A DNA stretch of 64,000 nt from a virus, in IMG/VR virus record IMGVR_UViG_3300047444_000783, positions 1 to 64,000 of that record; one strand, written 5' to 3'. Of this stretch, positions 61,904 through 64,000 are shown piece by piece (position 1 is the stretch's first letter; each line of letters begins with the position of its first letter). Both the position numbers and the translations under genes were made by a program. The notes beneath the pieces are model-generated. The model searched no databases. It had not been told where the DNA came from and worked only from the letters and a program-made list of their open reading frames with translations.

Positions 61904-62311
61904 TTATCTTAAGAACTCCTCCTCAACTTCATCGCCTTCATTCGTCACGGTCTCCGGGAGTTGGTACCCATCCGGCAGGCTGAGCAGCATCAGCGGCCGA
62001 GCATACATCCCCTCGACGGCGGCTTTCATCGCCTCTTCGGTGCACGGGTGGAGGCGGAAGACCGCGCCAGGGCCAACGTACTCGGAGCGCGCTTCCGTTT
62101 TCGGTCGGCGCACCTTCGAACCTTTCGGCCGCCAAACATGGTCCACATACTGTGGTTCCGGTAATTCGTATTCGCGCTCCGGAAGTTCCGGCGTATCGAC
62201 TCGGAACAGGCAGGCGGTGCCGAACGTCTCCGTCGTCACGTAGCCGGCCGCTTTCGAATGTCCATAAATCTCCACGATCGCGAAGCCTTTAAAACTCGAC
62301 TGTTCGTCCAT
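61904..62311 (-). CDS. hypothetical phage protein
   Basis: AIVEIYGH...AGYV...RVD.P; AGGAGG SD. Confidence 0.75.
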   Translation of the reverse strand: MDEQSSFKGFAIVEIYGHSKAAGYVTTETFGTACLFRVDTPELPEREYELPEPQYVDHVWRPKGSKVRRPKTEARSEYVGPGAVFRLHPCTEEAMKAAVEGMYARPLMLLSLPDGYQLPETVTNEGDEVEEEFLR

Positions 62312-62319
62312 CGGTCCTC

Positions 62320-62754
62320 CTAGTAAGTCTCCACCCATTTCAACTCTCGCTGCATGTATTCAGGCCTGTCCGGTACCGGTTCGAACTCCAGATCGAGCGC
62401 GATCGCCTTCGCCGCATCGTTATCCACCTGAATGACGATTAGCCGGTACCGGTTACGGATTGCCAGATCGACGGCGAAGCGACTCATGAATCGTCCGATG
62501 CCGAGGCCGCGACGGTCGGGCTTCACGCAGACGTAGGCGGTGACACAGTTCTTATCGATCTCGATCAGCGTGCCGTATGCAATGGCGCCCTGATCGATCC
62601 GGGCCACCCATTCGCTTATGTGCTCCAACCACCAAGAGTCAGTCTCGCCAATCGAGGCCATGATCTCTCTACGTTCTATCGTCTCCAGTAGCCGGTCGGT
62701 CACAACCACCAGATCGTTCTCGATCTGCATGGTCCCCAACTGTCGGCCGGTCAT
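62320..62754 (-). CDS. GNAT acetyltransferase
   Basis: acetyl-CoA motif VCVKPDRRGLGIG. Confidence 0.8.
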   Translation of the reverse strand: MTGRQLGTMQIENDLVVVTDRLLETIERREIMASIGETDSWWLEHISEWVARIDQGAIAYGTLIEIDKNCVTAYVCVKPDRRGLGIGRFMSRFAVDLAIRNRYRLIVIQVDNDAAKAIALDLEFEPVPDRPEYMQRELKWVETY

Positions 62755-63260
62755 GCGGGCCTCCTCGCAATGATGATTGCGCACACGTGTAGCCGCCGCT
62801 TCTCCAGGATCTCGAGGCCGAGGAGTTCCAGTACGTATGCCAGTTCGTCCATGTCGAATACCTGATAATGATGGTCCAAGGTGTTTGTTGATTCGCCGAA
62901 GAGTACACGGTTTAACGTTCGGAAGTCGATATCGCGGGCGCAGTAGCGGTCGATAATCGCGTGGATATCCGGCACCTGGATCCGGATTCGCCCGCCAGGC
63001 GCAAGGTATTTAATCCACAGCTTAAGCGCGTCATGCCATCGAGTCAGGGCGCTCTCCCGATACGGAACGTGCTCCAGAATGTCGTTCGCTTCAATCTCAT
63101 CGACGGTCCCGAACTCGACGCCCGGGAATGGGAACTCAACACTCCCGACGATATCAGGATGGACGTCCGCGTCGTAATCAACGTTAATCCAGCGGATGGA
63201 TGCGGTTGTCGGCCGGACGTCCCGCCCGCAGCCAAGATTGAGGCCAAGTTTTTGACTCAT
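62751..63260 (-). CDS. class I SAM-dependent methyltransferase
   Basis: LNLGCG, INVD, ILEH, LAPGG.I.I.VPD. Confidence 0.85.
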   Translation of the reverse strand: MSQKLGLNLGCGRDVRPTTASIRWINVDYDADVHPDIVGSVEFPFPGVEFGTVDEIEANDILEHVPYRESALTRWHDALKLWIKYLAPGGRIRIQVPDIHAIIDRYCARDIDFRTLNRVLFGESTNTLDHHYQVFDMDELAYVLELLGLEILEKRRLHVCAIIIARRPA

Positions 63261-63463
63261 CGGGATTGCCTTCCGTATTTAAACGCCGGCGGCCCGGTCG
63301 CGATCGTTCGCCCGGAGTCCGTGTTGCCGAGGTCCGCTTCTCGCGGCTTCTTCTTGCGCCCACGCGTTTCAGGCTTGCCTTTTTCTTTGCGGTCCAGAAT
63401 TCTGGAGAACGCGCCTTCAAAGCCGACGCTACGCTTCATGCTTAAACCAACCTTACGTTTCAT
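63257..63463 (-). CDS. small basic protein
   Basis: ATGA overlaps at both ends, K/R-rich. Confidence 0.55.
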   Translation of the reverse strand: MKRKVGLSMKRSVGFEGAFSRILDRKEKGKPETRGRKKKPREADLGNTDSGRTIATGPPAFKYGRQSR

Positions 63464-63993
63464 ACGTTTTTCAACTTCCAGTCAATGCGCGCGAAATCTT
63501 CCTCGAGGAAGAGAATGCGTCCGCCCGGGCGGAGCACGCGCTTCAACTCCGCCTCCACCTTATTTAAGATCGCGGCAAACGAGGACAGGCAGGCGATCGC
63601 GACCACGAGGTCAAACGCCCCATCTTGGAACGGCAGCGATGTGGCATGCGCTACCAGGAATTCGAGGTCGGGTAGCGATTCACGCGCCTTATCCACCAAC
63701 TCTGGTATAAAGTCGGTACCGATGTAGCTTTTCGCAAGACGTGAAATCGGCCAACTCATTCGCCCCCATCCGCAGCCAACCTCAAGCACGTCCTTATCCC
63801 GCGCGTGCTCCTGCAGGATCGACATATGCTCTGCCGTGAATTCGTTGATCCGCGCCTGCGGGGTCGTCAGGAACGTCGACGCGTGAGCGCCGTGCTGCTT
63901 CACCCGCGTAGACCAGAACTCGAATGTCGATCTGGCCTCCAGGCCGGAGGCCTCGGTCCAGACGGATGGCGGCAAACCTTCCTCGCCGTACAT
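63460..63993 (-). CDS. class I SAM-dependent methyltransferase (Methyltransf_11-like); may extend past the window end
   Basis: VLEVGCGWG, LPFQDGAFDLV, RVLRPGG. Confidence 0.88.
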   Translation of the reverse strand: MYGEEGLPPSVWTEASGLEARSTFEFWSTRVKQHGAHASTFLTTPQARINEFTAEHMSILQEHARDKDVLEVGCGWGRMSWPISRLAKSYIGTDFIPELVDKARESLPDLEFLVAHATSLPFQDGAFDLVVAIACLSSFAAILNKVEAELKRVLRPGGRILFLEEDFARIDWKLKNV

Positions 63994-64000
63994 GATCGGA

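Noticed and set aside
1-64000. tRNA, rRNA, hammerhead ribozymes, reverse transcriptase/DGR, terminase, portal, major capsid
   Set aside because: None recognised by eye; tRNAscan-SE, Infernal and HMM searches would be needed to exclude them.

Overview
The window is a ~64 kb piece of a dsDNA tailed phage or prophage with podovirus-like late genes: adaptors, a nozzle-like protein, tailspikes and ejection proteins, with no tape measure seen. No terminase, portal or major capsid gene is recognisable, so they probably lie outside the window. (1) 356-8995 (+) is an early/accessory operon of short, mostly unknown ORFs plus a serine recombinase, ending in an intrinsic terminator. Seven intergenic gaps in it each contain a circularly permuted (type-P5-like) twister self-cleaving ribozyme. 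The stems P1 and P4 and the pseudoknots T1 and T2 covary across the copies, and each copy sits between a stop codon and the next Shine-Dalgarno (SD). This ribozyme-punctuated operon is the main finding. (2) 9006-25790 (-) holds replication, recombination and modification genes: TOPRIM-VapE primase-helicase, SF2 helicase, a two-frame split C5 DNA methyltransferase, RuvC-like resolvase, SbcC-like ATPase, PD-(D/E)XK nuclease, DEDDh exonuclease, Gp3-like protein and an HTH regulator. It also carries an inserted cassette of a secreted 12-Cys peptide and a DsbA-like oxidase. (3) 25795-27661 (-) holds lysis genes and small basic proteins. (4) 27685-57229 (-) holds virion genes, including a 4179-aa DarB-like polyvalent protein with a circularly permuted histidine-phosphatase domain, three tailspikes sharing an N-terminal anchor and three adaptor-like paralogues. 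(5) 57280-64000 (-) is a glycosyl-, methyl-, acetyl- and aminotransferase cluster. All family calls come from motif recognition by eye; no searches were run.
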